Made by a program: the position numbers and the translations under genes | Shown: one piece after another, positions 47,050 to 59,800 of the stretch | Layout of the letters: each line of letters begins with the position of its first letter | How positions within the stretch are numbered: position 1 is the stretch's first letter | The notes under the pieces: generated by a model | Database searches by the model: none | Told to the model about the DNA's origin: nothing | Seen by the model: the letters and a program-made list of their open reading frames with translations, nothing else | Assembly (NCBI GenBank): GCA_047495785.1 | Contig: JBLDXI010000028.1 | Location: 1-64,000 of the forward strand | Length of the DNA: 64,000 bases | Origin: Lepidodermella squamata | Taxonomy: Eukaryota > Animalia > Gastrotricha | Direction: 5' to 3'

Positions 47050-50000
47050 TCAGAGAGGCGCGTCGAATTCGCTGAAGCGCAAGCTGAGTTTCTTCGACGA
47101 CGATGTTGCGACGCCGGCGCTGGCGGACGACGACGGGCGCCACGGCGACGACGGCGAGTGGTGACTGCGCCACGACGAGCCCTGTGCGAAAAATAAACAA
47201 GCAAAGTTAATCAGCAATCAGCATTCATTCGTTTGGTGATGATCAGTTTAATGAAAAGCAGAAAGCAACGCGTAAGTAACAGTAAACAGTGCAATAAAAG
47301 CTATTATGATGTATTATACAGGTGCACCGTGTATGTTTATAGAGAACGGGTGTTCGGGTGTTCAGGGGATAGCGCGACACGGAATTCCAAGAGTGTCATC
47401 TAAAGGCACGGTGACCAACGCGCCACAAGTCACCGTTTTTTGTTTTTTTTGTTCATAAAACGCCAGCAGCCAAAAGCGAACTCGGAGATGCCTTTCATTT
47501 CCGCTATTATTCGGGCGACTTACCTATGCATTCATCATTCACGTTCGATCACATAAGTTGCTCTCTAAAACAGGGCTATACTGCTCTACTAGAATAGCCG
47601 CTTCTGCACGCACCGAGAAGGATAGATAACACAACACACAGTTTAACAGATGATGATGATGTAGGTGTGAAAGAAAAAATAATCAAAAATCAAAAGTGAA
47701 CAGCATATCTAGTGAATCGAACTTGGCGAATGAGATATACAACTAGCTTACCTCTGAGTAGTCTTTCGTGTACGCAGCTGCGGATGAGGAGCGGTAGGAA
47801 GAGGAGGCGGAGATGGAAGACGCGGCGTAGCCGGTCGACGGGCCGGTGTAGCCGCGCGACAACGAGTAGGCGCCGACGGCGGACGCGGACGAGGCGCCGC
47901 CGCTGCTGCCGATGGACGCAGCGTCGAACGAACGGCTCGACGCCGGCACGTACGACGAAGTCACGCCGGTGGTGGCGGTGGGCCGGCCGAGCGTGGAGAC
48001 CGGCGATGCGGTGGTCATGTAGCCGGAGGTGATGCCGCCGCCGGACTGCTCGGCGAAGAAGTGGCGGCGCGCAAGCGAGCGACGATGCGCCGTCGAGTTC
48101 AGGTGCCGACTCACCTCCGCCAGCGTACGCTTGTACTCGGCCAGCGAGTGCGTCGACGAGCCGCCCGCCAGCGACGCCGAGTCGCCTGCCGAGATGTACA
48201 GGCCCGAGGCGAGTCGCGCCTCGCTCACCGAGTGCGACACGCCGGACGGCAGCGGGTCGAGCGGGCGCATCGATATCGACAGCGTCGGCCGCGTGACGTG
48301 TGCGTCCGACAGCGAGCCGGTGTACCGCGCGGGCGGGCTCACCGTCACGTGGTCGCCTTTCGCGTGGTCACTGAACGCGAGCGAGCCGGTCGAGGCGTTG
48401 GCGGCGTTGCTCTGGCGACTCGTGTCCGAGTCGCTCGCCTGGTGCCTGATGCCGGTCGCAGCGGCATCCGACGCCATGGCGAGGGCGAGCAGCACGTCGC
48501 GGTCGACGGACAGCGAGCGCGGGTTGTTGTTCATCGACGCAGCCGTCGTCGTCGTCATGACAAGGTCTTCCTCGATCGGCTGCGCGGTGGCGGCGCGACG
48601 GCGGCACTCGTCCAGCGTCTCCGCCAGCGAGGCGATGATATCCTTGACGGTGGCGTACACGGTCTCGCGCTGTTCGCGGTCGAGCGACGCCGCCGCCGCG
48701 TCCGGCTCCACCAGCGGCAGCAGGATGCGCAGCTTTTCGGCCGCCAGCTGCACGCGCGACAACCGGTCGGCGTAGAACGACGCGTGTTCGCGCGACCGCG
48801 CCACCGACGCCGCCAGTTGCGCCTTCTCCGCCATCCACTGACCTAAAAACCATAAATAAGTAATCGCAATTTAATTAAATTTATTTTGGAATAAAAAGAA
48901 GGAATAGATTGTAACATGGAATTGCTAGTAATTAATGCGCGCAGAACGTGCGTTGCTGTTTCTGAGTGTGTTGTGCGTTTTTATAGCTAACATTATTACC
49001 AAAATTGCGCTTGCGGCGTTTATTACACGCGTGTTCGGAAAAACAAACATAAAGACGTAAAGACGTAAAGAATAAAGACCATAAAGAAATGAAAGAGGGG
49101 GACGAACCTCGCTCGTGCTTCACCTCCTGCTGCAGCAGGCCGAGTTGGCGGCACGCGGCGGCGAGTTTGACGTTTTGTTCGCGCAGCTCGAGCACGGAAG
49201 TGTCGGCCTTGACCTTGCCGAGGCTGAGCTCGTGCGCCTCGCGGGCGAACAAGTCCTTGAGCTGCGCGCGCTCGCGTTCCTGCGCCTCCGCCGCGTCGTC
49301 CATGCGCTTCTTCATGTCGGCGATCATCTTCCGCGACGTGTCCAGCACCTTCACCATGTCGGCGCGCTCCTTTTCCCAGCGAACCTAGGATAATAATGCG
49401 GAAATGAATGAAACGTAATGAGAAATTTCGACGCCGCCGGAGGACTCACCTCTGTCCTCGCCAACTGCCGCCACTTGTTAGTCAGCACGCCGCCGACTGA
49501 CTTGGCCTCCTCGGCCTGGTTCACCTGCGCCTGCATGGCGGCGACCTTCAGCTCGAGCGCCGTTTTCTCGGCCCGCAGCGCCGTCTCGACGCGTTCCCGC
49601 TCGTCGATCGCCGCCTTGAGCCGCGCCTCCAGGTCGGCGGCCTTGCGTGCAGCTTCGTCAGCGCCGCGCTCTTTCGTCGCCAACGCGTCGAGGCGCTGGC
49701 CCATGGCGCGGCGCTCCTCGAGCCACGCGTCCCGCTCGGCCGCGTACTCGTCGCGCAGCTCGTCGACCTTGCGCTGCGCCACCTCCAGCATCAGCCGTAG
49801 CGACCGGTTCTCGAACTCGAGCCGCGCGATGTGCGCCCGCAGCTCGTCCACCTCCAGCTCCAGCTGCGACGTCTTCGACTCGTACGAGACGCGGACGGCG
49901 GCGAGGTCAAGGCGTTGCCGCAGCGCCTCCGCCGACAACACGCCAGTCGTCGCAAGCTCATTAGCAGCCAGCTGCGACGATTCCACAGACTCGAGAGCGT

Positions 50001-53000
50001 TGACTCGCATGCTGTGAGCAGCCAACTCGTGCTCGTGCTGGTGTTGCGTCGCATTCGCCGCGGCGGCGTGCGCGCTCTCGGCAACCGCCCGCAAGTAGTC
50101 GATCTCGCGCTGCATCAACGCGCTAATCTCGAGGTTGTCGGCGATCATACGAGACTTCTCCTCGATGATCTTCTGCATCTCGTCGCGCTCCGACTGCCAC
50201 GACGCGTGCAAGTGCGCCAGTTCGTTGCGCAGCGCCGACGCCTCGTCAGCAAGGCGAACCTTCTCGGCCTCGAGCGAGGCGGTCGCCCGGCCCAGCGACT
50301 CGACCACCTCGACGTCGGCCGGCTTGTTCTTCGAAGACGAGCCGGACGAGCCGAGACTCGCCAGCTTCAGCTTCACCTTCTTAACCGCACTCGCATCACC
50401 GTGTTTCGCCGCCGATTCGAGCGCCGCCTTCAGCCTCGCCAGTTCCTTGTCGCGTTCGGCAACCCGTTCGCCGGCCTCGCGCAACTTGGACGCGAGATTG
50501 CGCATCTCCTTGTCGAGCAGCGCAGTGCCGCGCTCGCGTTCGGATAGCCGAGTCGTCAGAGCAGTGACGGCGGCCTCCTTCGTCGCCAGCGCCTCGTCTC
50601 GCTCCTTCAGCAGGTCGGTGAGCCGAGCTACCTGTTCGGCGAGTTTCTTCGCCTCGTCCGCCTTGGCGCGTGACTCGTCCGTGAGCCGAGTCTTCTCAGC
50701 CTTCAGCTGCTTCAGCTGCTCCTCCGCCGCCTTGGCCGCGTCATCGCGCTTCGCAACGTCTCGCTTGAGCGATTTCTCGCGCTCGGCGAGTTCAGCCTCG
50801 ACGCGCGACAGTTCCTTGACCTTGCCGGCGGCCTCCTTCTCGACGCGCTTCAGCGACTCGGCGGCACTCGCGAGTTCGTCACGGAGGGAGCGGTTCTGCG
50901 CCTCCAGCGACTCGCTCGTCTTCTTCGCCTCGTCGAGCTCGCGATTCGCCGCCGCGAGTTTCGCATCGCTCGCCGCCTGTCTCTCCGCCGCGGCTGCCAG
51001 TTGCGCCTCGCCGGCGGCCTGGGCAGCTTTCACGTCGGTGAGTGCCTCTCTTAGCCGTTTGACATCCAGCTCGAGTTGCAGCGCCCTGGCTCGAGCTTCG
51101 GCCAGCTGCGACTCCAACTCATTTCGAGCTTCCAACAACTTGCGGTTCTCAGCTGCTAGCGACTGCGCGGCTGTCTGTTGTTCGGACTTGCTTTTCGCAG
51201 ACATGGACATGAGCTCATTCACGAGCGTCTCCTCGCGCTGCGAACGCTCCTCCTCAGATCTAAACAAAGATGAGACAGTTCTTGTAAGTAATTTGTTGTT
51301 GTTAGAATTGGATGGTCCTACTTTTGAAGTTGGGCGATTTTGCGCTCCGAGTCGCACAGCTGCTGCTCGAGGTCGTCTCGTGCCGCCTGGGTATCTGCCA
51401 AGGCAGCTTCTGTACCCGCCAGTTTCTTCTCCAGTGCGATGATTCGCACCTTCAGCTATAAGCAACAAAAGCAAATGCAATGATTGAAGGGTTTTCAACA
51501 ATTGCAATAGTTCTTACGTGAATTTCATCGGCTGGTTTGCGCGCGAGCAGTTCTTTCTCGAAGGCGGCGTGTTCGGGAGACATAGGTGCCGCCCCGGCAG
51601 AGCCAGAGCCGCCACCGCTGCCCGGCTCACCCATAGACGCGGCAATGAGGTCCGGCGGTGTCGCCAATGTCTGAAGGTACTGTAAAACGAAGACATTGAA
51701 ATTAAAATTAAGAAGATAATTCATATTTCGCGTCAGTTTGTTGGTGGACAACGTTAAAGAATCCAGTGACAATTGATCGGATAGATTGGAATTTTAAATA
51801 ACAATTATAGTAGGAACGGAGCCACGCCACAGAGTGTTTCGAAGTGTTTGGTAGAGTGTTTTACCAAGATCTATCTACTATAATCAAGTTGAGATCAATG
51901 AAAAAATATTTGTTAATAATTCTGCTGCCAGTGGGAGGGTGACTCAGAGTAGGGAAATTATTGTGATTTTTGGTTGTGTAGTGTTACCTCTGGCAGGATC
52001 TTGCCGTACTGATCGCAATAAAAACGCAAAATAAAATGAACATAAAAAAAGCCAGAGTCAGAATAACATCGCAGAACGACTGGGCGTTTGTAACTCATTG
52101 TAACTCGAATCAATTAATTACCTTATCGAGGGTGGCCTGGGTGATTTCGGCGCGTTCGGTCATGAGGTCGAGCAGACTCGACAGCACGGTGTTGTTGCGC
52201 TTGAGCGTGGCTATGCTCGACAGCATGTCGGTCTCGCGGCGCGCGAACTCGCCCGACCGCCGGTCCAGTTCTACCTCGAGCGAGGCGACGTTCGACTGCA
52301 GCCGCGCCTCGCTCGCCTCCTTCGCGCTGATCACACTCAGCAGCTCCTCGATCTGCTTCTGCAGCGCCGCGACCTGCTCCATCAGCGACTTGCTCTTCGC
52401 CGCCAGTTCCGCATCACTGCACCCCGGCGCAGACGGTCGCCGTTCAGCAGATGACGAAGCTGCTGCAGCGGCTAGCCTCGCCGTCAACTGCTCGTTCTCG
52501 GCCTGCAGAAATGCGAGGCGGGCGTGCGACTCGCTCAGCTCCTTGTCGAACACGCCCATCTTCTCGACGGCGAGCAGATTCTCCTTCTTGCGCTCGTCGT
52601 CGAGCGCGCGCAACTTGGCCTTCAGCGTCTCGTTGTCGGCCTCGAGGGCGTTCAAGCGTGACGCATCCGTCGGCAGCTGCGGCTGCTGATGGCCGTCCTC
52701 GCCAGTGGAAGTCAACTGAGCGGCGAGGCGGGCGTTTGCGGCGGCAAGAGACGCCTTCTCCTGCTCTTGTTTCGCGATCTTGTCGCGCAGCAGCAGCGTC
52801 TCCTGGCGCAACAGGTCGAGTTGGCGGCGCAGGTGCGCACTGCGAACGTCGCTCGAGGCGTGCGGCGGCAGTTCGAGCAGCGCTGCCAGCTCGGCCTCCT
52901 TCTCGCGCAGGATCGAGCGCAGGTCGTCGGCCTCGCGCGTCGCCTCGTTGAGGCGGTCTCGCAGGCTGGCGGCCTCGTCTTCACCGAGGGACGAGGCGCG

Positions 53001-56000
53001 TTCCAGCGTCGTCGTGCTGTGGCGTTGCGTCGACGCGGCCGAAGTCGCCGAGTCGGCGAGAGAGTGCGCCGAGCTGAGCAGCGACAACTTGGCCTGCAGG
53101 TCGCGCACCTGCGAGAAGAGCGCGTCGTTGTGGCGCTCGGCGGCCTCGAGCTTGCGCTTGACGATGCGCACCTCCTGCTCGCTGAGGTCGAGCTGCAGCT
53201 GCTGCACGTCGTCGGGCGCGAGGCTGCTGCTGCTGCTGCTCGCCATCGCCTGCTTGCTGCGGTTCATCAGCCGCTTCACCTGCATGATCAGGCTCTCGTT
53301 CTCCTCCTCGAAGTCGTTCAGCTTCTTGCGCAGCGACTTGATCTGCTCCTCGGCGTACTTGAGCTGCTCGCGCAGGTCCTGTTCGCGCTCCAGCGAGTCG
53401 CACAGGTCGCGCTTCAGCTCCGACCACTCCGAGTCGAACGAGCCTTGCCGGTGCCCGATAGACGGCGCGTGCACTGACGAAGCCGGCGACGGCGAGAACA
53501 TGCCGGCGGCGTTCTGCGGCGCGTCCGGCTGTGTGGCGGAGCGCACGAGCACGCGAGCGCCTACGGCTCCGGGCGCCCTCGCGTCGCCGCCGCCAACCAG
53601 GTTCGCGATTTCCGGCGGCAGCGACTGTGTGGTCGCGTCGACCACAGACACGCCCAAATGGCCCTGTACGCGTTCGATTTGCTTTCGCAGCGCGTCGACT
53701 TCTTTCTCCAAAGCAGCGCGTTCAGAATCGGCTTGCCGGAGTAGCTGAAATCGAAAAGTTAATTCACATTAATATTAATGCATCAGAAACTCAGTTCGCA
53801 TAAGAATTCTCTATAAAATTAGTGGCAAAAGTGTGTTGGTAATTCTTTGTTGAAGCTCCTACCGCTGAGATTAATCCTCTTGAAAAGGTTTCAGCGGTTC
53901 AAATGATCTCCATAATATAAAATAGTTTCCAAGCTGGGCAACTCTAAAACGCGCCAGAATTCACAAATCAGGTTTTGCTTCTCTGAGGTGAACTTAAATT
54001 TCGTTTATGACGATTACGGCGACAAGTGCGTATTTTTATTACCCTTCAATAAATGCGCGCACAGAACCACAAAATGTGCGTTGCTGTTTGTAACTTTTAG
54101 TAACCTATTATATAGCTGCAATTACGGAAAAACAAACTTAAATACACATAAAGAATAAAGAGAAAAGAGTAGAGGAAAGAAAATTACCTGTCTCAGGCGT
54201 TCGGAGTCGATTTCGAATTTGGCGCGGCGCTCCTCGGCGAGCTCGAGCTCGTCGTGCAGGCGCACGGACACCTCCTTGGCGACGCGCAGCTCCTCTTCGA
54301 GCTCGCGCAGGTACGCGTTGTCGTCCTTGGCGTCGCGCCGCTGCTGGTGCCGCAGCTGCTCCTCCACGCGCGACTTCTCACTCTGTTTTTGGTAATTAAA
54401 ACCGAATTAGAGTCATCCTAGAATATAAGAAATAAGCTAACCTCGGCGACTTCGATGCGCCGTTCAGCCTTGCGCAGCTTAAACTGAAGGATGCGGCAAT
54501 TCTTCGCCGCTAAATCAAGTTCTTTCTATACATTTTAGAAAATGTTCATTAAATTGCAACTGAATCTCATAATCTTAAGCATTGGACTAACTTGAAGTTC
54601 GCCGAACTCGCGGCCTTCCTCGTCTCGCACGCGATCGCGAACTTCGTCGATTTCGAGTCGAACGTACTCCATCTCCTCGCGCAGTTGTTCGTTTTCGTCG
54701 CGTAGCGCCCGACTCAGCTCTTCGGCGGCGGCGAGGCGGGCGTGAAGTTCTGACGCCGTATTGCTGTTCGGACTGGCGTTAGGACTGTTGGGGCGGTTGT
54801 CGCACTGCACGACGGCGTCGGCGAGCTGCCGGCCCTCGCTCTCGAGCTGCGCCGCCAGCGCCCGCATGCGCTGCAACTGCGACGTCAACTCGCGCACGAC
54901 CAGCGACGGCTCGGCTGGCGAAGCAGCAGCCGCTGGTGGAGCTGCCGCCGGAGCCGACGACGATTGGCCGGTGACGCGTTTCAGCGTCGAGCCGAACTTG
55001 CTGGCGACCGATTGGTGCGGCGGCGGCGCCGGCGCATTGCCGTTGCTGCCGGCGTTGTTAGCTTGCTGCGAGTTGGACGAAGATGACGCGGCTGCGAGTT
55101 GGCGCAGAAGTTCCTCGTTGAGCTTGAGCACGGCCTCGGCCTGGCGCGACACGTCGGCGAGGGTGCCGCGCAACTCGGCCGCCAAGTCGCCGCCCTTGGA
55201 CGACGACGTAGTGCCCGCTGTTGCTGCTGCTGTTCGCGTCGTCGTTGTAGTCGATGATGAATCACTGTTGGGCTTATTGTAGCCTTGTTGCTGCTTCGTA
55301 CCAGTACCAGCTGATGATGAGTTTGAACTCGTTGCTGCTAGTTGTTGTTGTTGTTGTTGTTGTTGATTAACAACAGCGTTGTTGTTAGCGGCAGTTGATT
55401 GGCCGCTGTCGGCCATCATGGCGGCGGTGCCGGCGCCGTTTTCGAAGCTGCGTTGCGCTTGCAGGCTCTGGCTGCTGTTCACCGTCGACACGATGTCGGG
55501 CAGGTTGTTGTTGTTGTTGCTGCTGCTGTTCGCAGGCAGTGAAGACTCTGCGGCGGCGGCGGCGGCGGCTTGATCGGCGGCACTCTGTGCTTCGGCGGCG
55601 GCTGCGGCTGCGGCTGCAGCGGCTAGTTTCGCTGCCTTTTTAGCCTCGTGCTCCGCCAAACTCTTCAAGCAATTCTTGCAAGTTTTCGCCCTATTCACAA
55701 AACAGATCAGTGATAGTCAGTGATTTCTTCTAAAAAGTAACTCACTTCCAGAGCTGCGGTTGGAACCTACAAAGCAGAAAACAAATTCTCATGTAAAATT
55801 ACTGCTTTCATTCAGAAAAATCCCTAATTCACTCGGTTTCAAGCGTTGTTCTTCAAAAGTGCCAGGCATTTCGGTAAAAGTCCAACGCCAGATTCATTGA
55901 AGCGTGAACTATTTGACATTTTTTCTTCTATTCTATAGGTGGTTTTAAACACTGATAGTATAATTATGTGGCGAACCTGTCACAAGGTGTGCTGTTCGAC

Positions 56001-56814
56001 GACGATGACGCTGGCGCCTGCGCTGGCGGGGTTGCGGTTGCGGTTTTCGTCGACGAAGCGGCGTGATGGCTTCGATTGCTGTTGCTGGCACTATTAGCAG
56101 GTGCCGATTGGTGTACGTTGGCGGCGGTTGAATTATTTGTACTACTACTACTACTATTATTGTTATTGCTAGATGATGATGATGCTGACGATGATGATGC
56201 GGCAGCGTTATCACTGGAACCACCGCTACTACTACTACTGCTGCTGATGCTACTGCTATTGACTGGAGGCGCCGTAGTAGTGCTGTTGCTTGCAGGTGCG
56301 GCGGAGGCGGCGGTTTGCGACGCCGGCAACTTGCCTACTGTACTAATCGTTGCAGACGAAGAAGAAGAAGAAGTATTACTGGTTGCACTATTTGAAGACG
56401 ACGTAGACGACGTAGTAGTGTTCAATGGCCTGCTACTTGAAGGCGCGGCCTGATGCTGCTTGCTGATACTCGCAATGCTAGATATCGTCGTCGTTGTATT
56501 CGTAGTATTCGTAGTAGCAGTAGTAGTGGCTGAGGCTGATAAAGGCGTAGTAGCAGATGATGATGAGCCAGTGCTAGCCGTCGATGATGCCAGCCCGCCG
56601 TTGATTGCCGCTGTTTGCGCCGTAGCAGCAGCAGCAGCAGCAGCGCTAGAAGCACCACCAGGGCTAATCGCAGCGGCCTTGGAACCAGAAACAGACGCAG
56701 CCGAAGCCGCAGCCGCCGTCGCTGCCGTTGTAGTAGTAGCTGTAGTAGTAGTAGGCGTAGCAGTGGCCGTAGCTGTGGTGGTTGATGCAGGCGTACGCTT
56801 AACCGGCTTTGCAC
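47050..56814 (-). CDS. SOGA: SOGA/MTCL (microtubule cross-linking factor)-family coiled-coil protein, ~13 visible exons; 5' exons probably further upstream
   Basis: [22 protein letters not shown] (~54480); [26 protein letters not shown]; [32 protein letters not shown]; long coiled-coil exons 52122-53744, 49450-51259 and 47751-48842; last exon ends ...SEFDAPL* at 47050. Confidence 0.85.
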
Positions 56815-56899
56815 CTGCGCGGGCGAGCGCGAACATGATAGCCAATAGTACTTATACTTATATATATATAGGTATTAGGTACCAGGTATACGTATAGCG

Positions 56900-59800
56900 T
56901 ACGCTTTGGTTTGTTCACGTGTTTTACGGCTCTCTTTCCCGGCGATCACTAGCACGAGCCGCGCTGCTGGCCATACCGATCACCGCCGTAAAACCGATCG
57001 TCGACCGACCGATCATGATGATGATGCATGTGTGAGCAAGCAGGAAAATATACTTTTACGAAGAAAACAACAAGAATCTCGGCCTCTTCGATGCGATGCA
57101 CAGGCGCAATAACAACACAGATTATTGTAAAATACCTGCTGATGCTGCCTCTAAAACCATGAGATATGAGATAGATAAAAAGGCGCGTTCGCAATGATGC
57201 TGGCACAAACAGCAGCAAAAAGTGATCTATAGCAGTAGCAGTAGTAGTAGTAGGTGGAAATGCAAAACAGACAGGCGTTTTCTGTCGGCTGCTACGCAGT
57301 GTCTTTACGGAGGAAAAACGATAACACGCTTCAAGTAGTAAAAACCGCAAAAACAAGCAAGTGTTACCACTACTACCTGCCAATAACGCCGGCGTTGGCA
57401 AAAATAGCAGCAACCACTACAACAATAACTGACTGCGCTGCTGCTGCTGCTGCTGCTGGGGAAAATCTGCTGAGATGTTGCAAAATTCAACAATCGTAAC
57501 AATAATGGATGGCGTAGTAGTAGTAGTAGCAGTAGGAGTAGTATATGGCCGATCGACATTATTCGAACAAAATATGATTCGAGTGCGCATACGCTTTTTT
57601 CGTTATGTATAACTTATTCGTCTCATCGTTATCGTTATAGTAATAGTTACTAGCGTTATAAAAATAGCCGCTTTTATAAAACGTTCGAAGCGAGGCACAT
57701 TACGTTCGATTTCTGCCGATATTCGATACTCGATACTATGACTGCTGCTGTTGCTTCTGCTTCTGTTCATCATCATCATCGTGCTCATCGTGATCGTGAT
57801 CATGCGGTTGTTTTTGAATAAACTCACATTATTATAACTATTGCGGGTGTTCGGTTTGGTTTACGCTGCTCATCAAGCCACTTATTATACTAATAAATAC
57901 CGAGGCCTATTATGATCAATGATCAGCTACAGCATCCAATATAAGAAACTCGGGTATTACAGCAGCCTATTTTAACACTAGCCATACCTACTTATAGTTA
58001 TTATTATGTTTCGTTTGATTTCGCAGCCGTGTGTATGCTGCTATAAGTGGGTACCTATATTTCGTCGTCGTAAAAACAGCAGCCATCAGCAGCAGCAGCA
58101 GCAGGCGTAACATGTATACGTGTACACGAGTATCTTATCATCGAGCTTCAGAATGACGAGCATTTTGTTTACGACGTGTTGCAGACAGCCAGCGATCAAT
58201 CACTTTTGTTTATTCGATCCAACTCATGCTGCTGTAGCTGCGCCTGCGCTCGCATCATCCTCACATGTGCTGCTGGGCTCTCGGGCTCTTATGATTCATT
58301 CTCTCTACTCATAAAAATGGGAGATCGTATTTAGTTCAGCAGTGTTTTAGTTTTACCACTGTTGTTATTATACATATTGTTTCAAACAGCAAACAGCAGC
58401 AGCAACAGCAGCAGAAGTTAATAATATATATTATAACTGCAAGTTGCGTTTATATACCTAAGTATTCCGAGACAAAACTCATCGCCTCGTGTCGAAGAAA
58501 ACATAATATAGGTGGTCTGAAAACAACAGAAAGCTCGTAAATAATGCGATGGCGCCGATTCACAAGTATTAAAGTAACATATTCGACAAAATGAGAATCT
58601 GCGATACCAATCAGGCAGCAGGCGCTTGTATTAGGCTGCTGAATGCAGCAACTCATTATACCTACTCCTCTCTCAATATAATCAATGCTCACTCGATCGC
58701 TCGATCTGTCGAGTGTTCAAAGTACAGAAGAGCTGCTAATATGAATCAACCATCAATAATCAATCACCTATACGATGAATATTGTCGCCATCGCATCTAA
58801 TGAAGGCGAAAAGTGTAGCAATTAACCGGCTCATGGCACCGCATATGCGCATCGCCGCAAATTAAGAGTCGTGGCCTTATCTCGTTTCAGTCTGCTTTTC
58901 ATTCAGCAACGGTAAAATTATTTGCTTCATTTGCAGTCTTCAGTCGCTTCTTTCAGTCCTCAGGTTTAAATTTCATGCCGTCTGAACTTCGAAAGATCTT
59001 CGACAGCAGAAACAAGGTCAGATCATGCACAATCAAGATCATCGTTGAGACTCTCAGTCATATAGCTGCTCTGCTACCTCCTACTGTTCAATAACTGTTG
59101 AAGCAGAGCTAATTGAAATGAAGAATAAGGAACATGCCAACTTTCCAGTGTCCAATACCTAATATCTGACTGCTTCTGACTCGTCTTATTCAGGAAAACT
59201 ACCAAGTGCGGAACGCAGCAATTGGTTATGCGCCATGAAACTTAGTTATGTCGACGATTGAAGAAAAACTACCAAATTCTGCCTGAGACTGTGCAAAATG
59301 CTTGTCTAAGCAGCAGTCACGGTAAGCGGTAAGGGATGATGAAGCTAGTTGAATGTTGCGCTGTCTGCGGTGGCAGCAATCGATTTTTTTGCAGTCCAAG
59401 CTGAACAAGGCTGAACAAGGTGTTGTACATTTGACACGTCGCGTTTTAAGAGCACGAAGCACGGCAATTCTCAAAAAAGTTCAATTAGTGCTAAACAAAA
59501 CAAACTCTGAAAATTGATGCATAATGTCATTGAATCTTGGGCTACATTATTTGTAGCAACACAATTTCTCATAACCAATCATGCGGTCGCTTCATCAAAA
59601 GGCAGTATTGAAAGGGTAGCAGTATTGGACAAGGAATCCTCTGATGCGCTGTGATCTTATATTATAGTTGCTGAGCTAAAAAGCATCTATATATCAGCCG
59701 TGACTCCGAAGCCGAAAGTATTTCATGTTCGCCAATTGATTTGCTTTCATAGTTACATTTTCTCTTTCTTTGATAAAGCTGAATCTCATCTGGTTTAAGC

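Noticed and set aside
47712-56897. Long plus-strand and alternative-frame ORFs (e.g. 50135-51442, 52780-53748)
   Set aside because: Antisense shadows of GC-rich coiled-coil exons of the SOGA gene.
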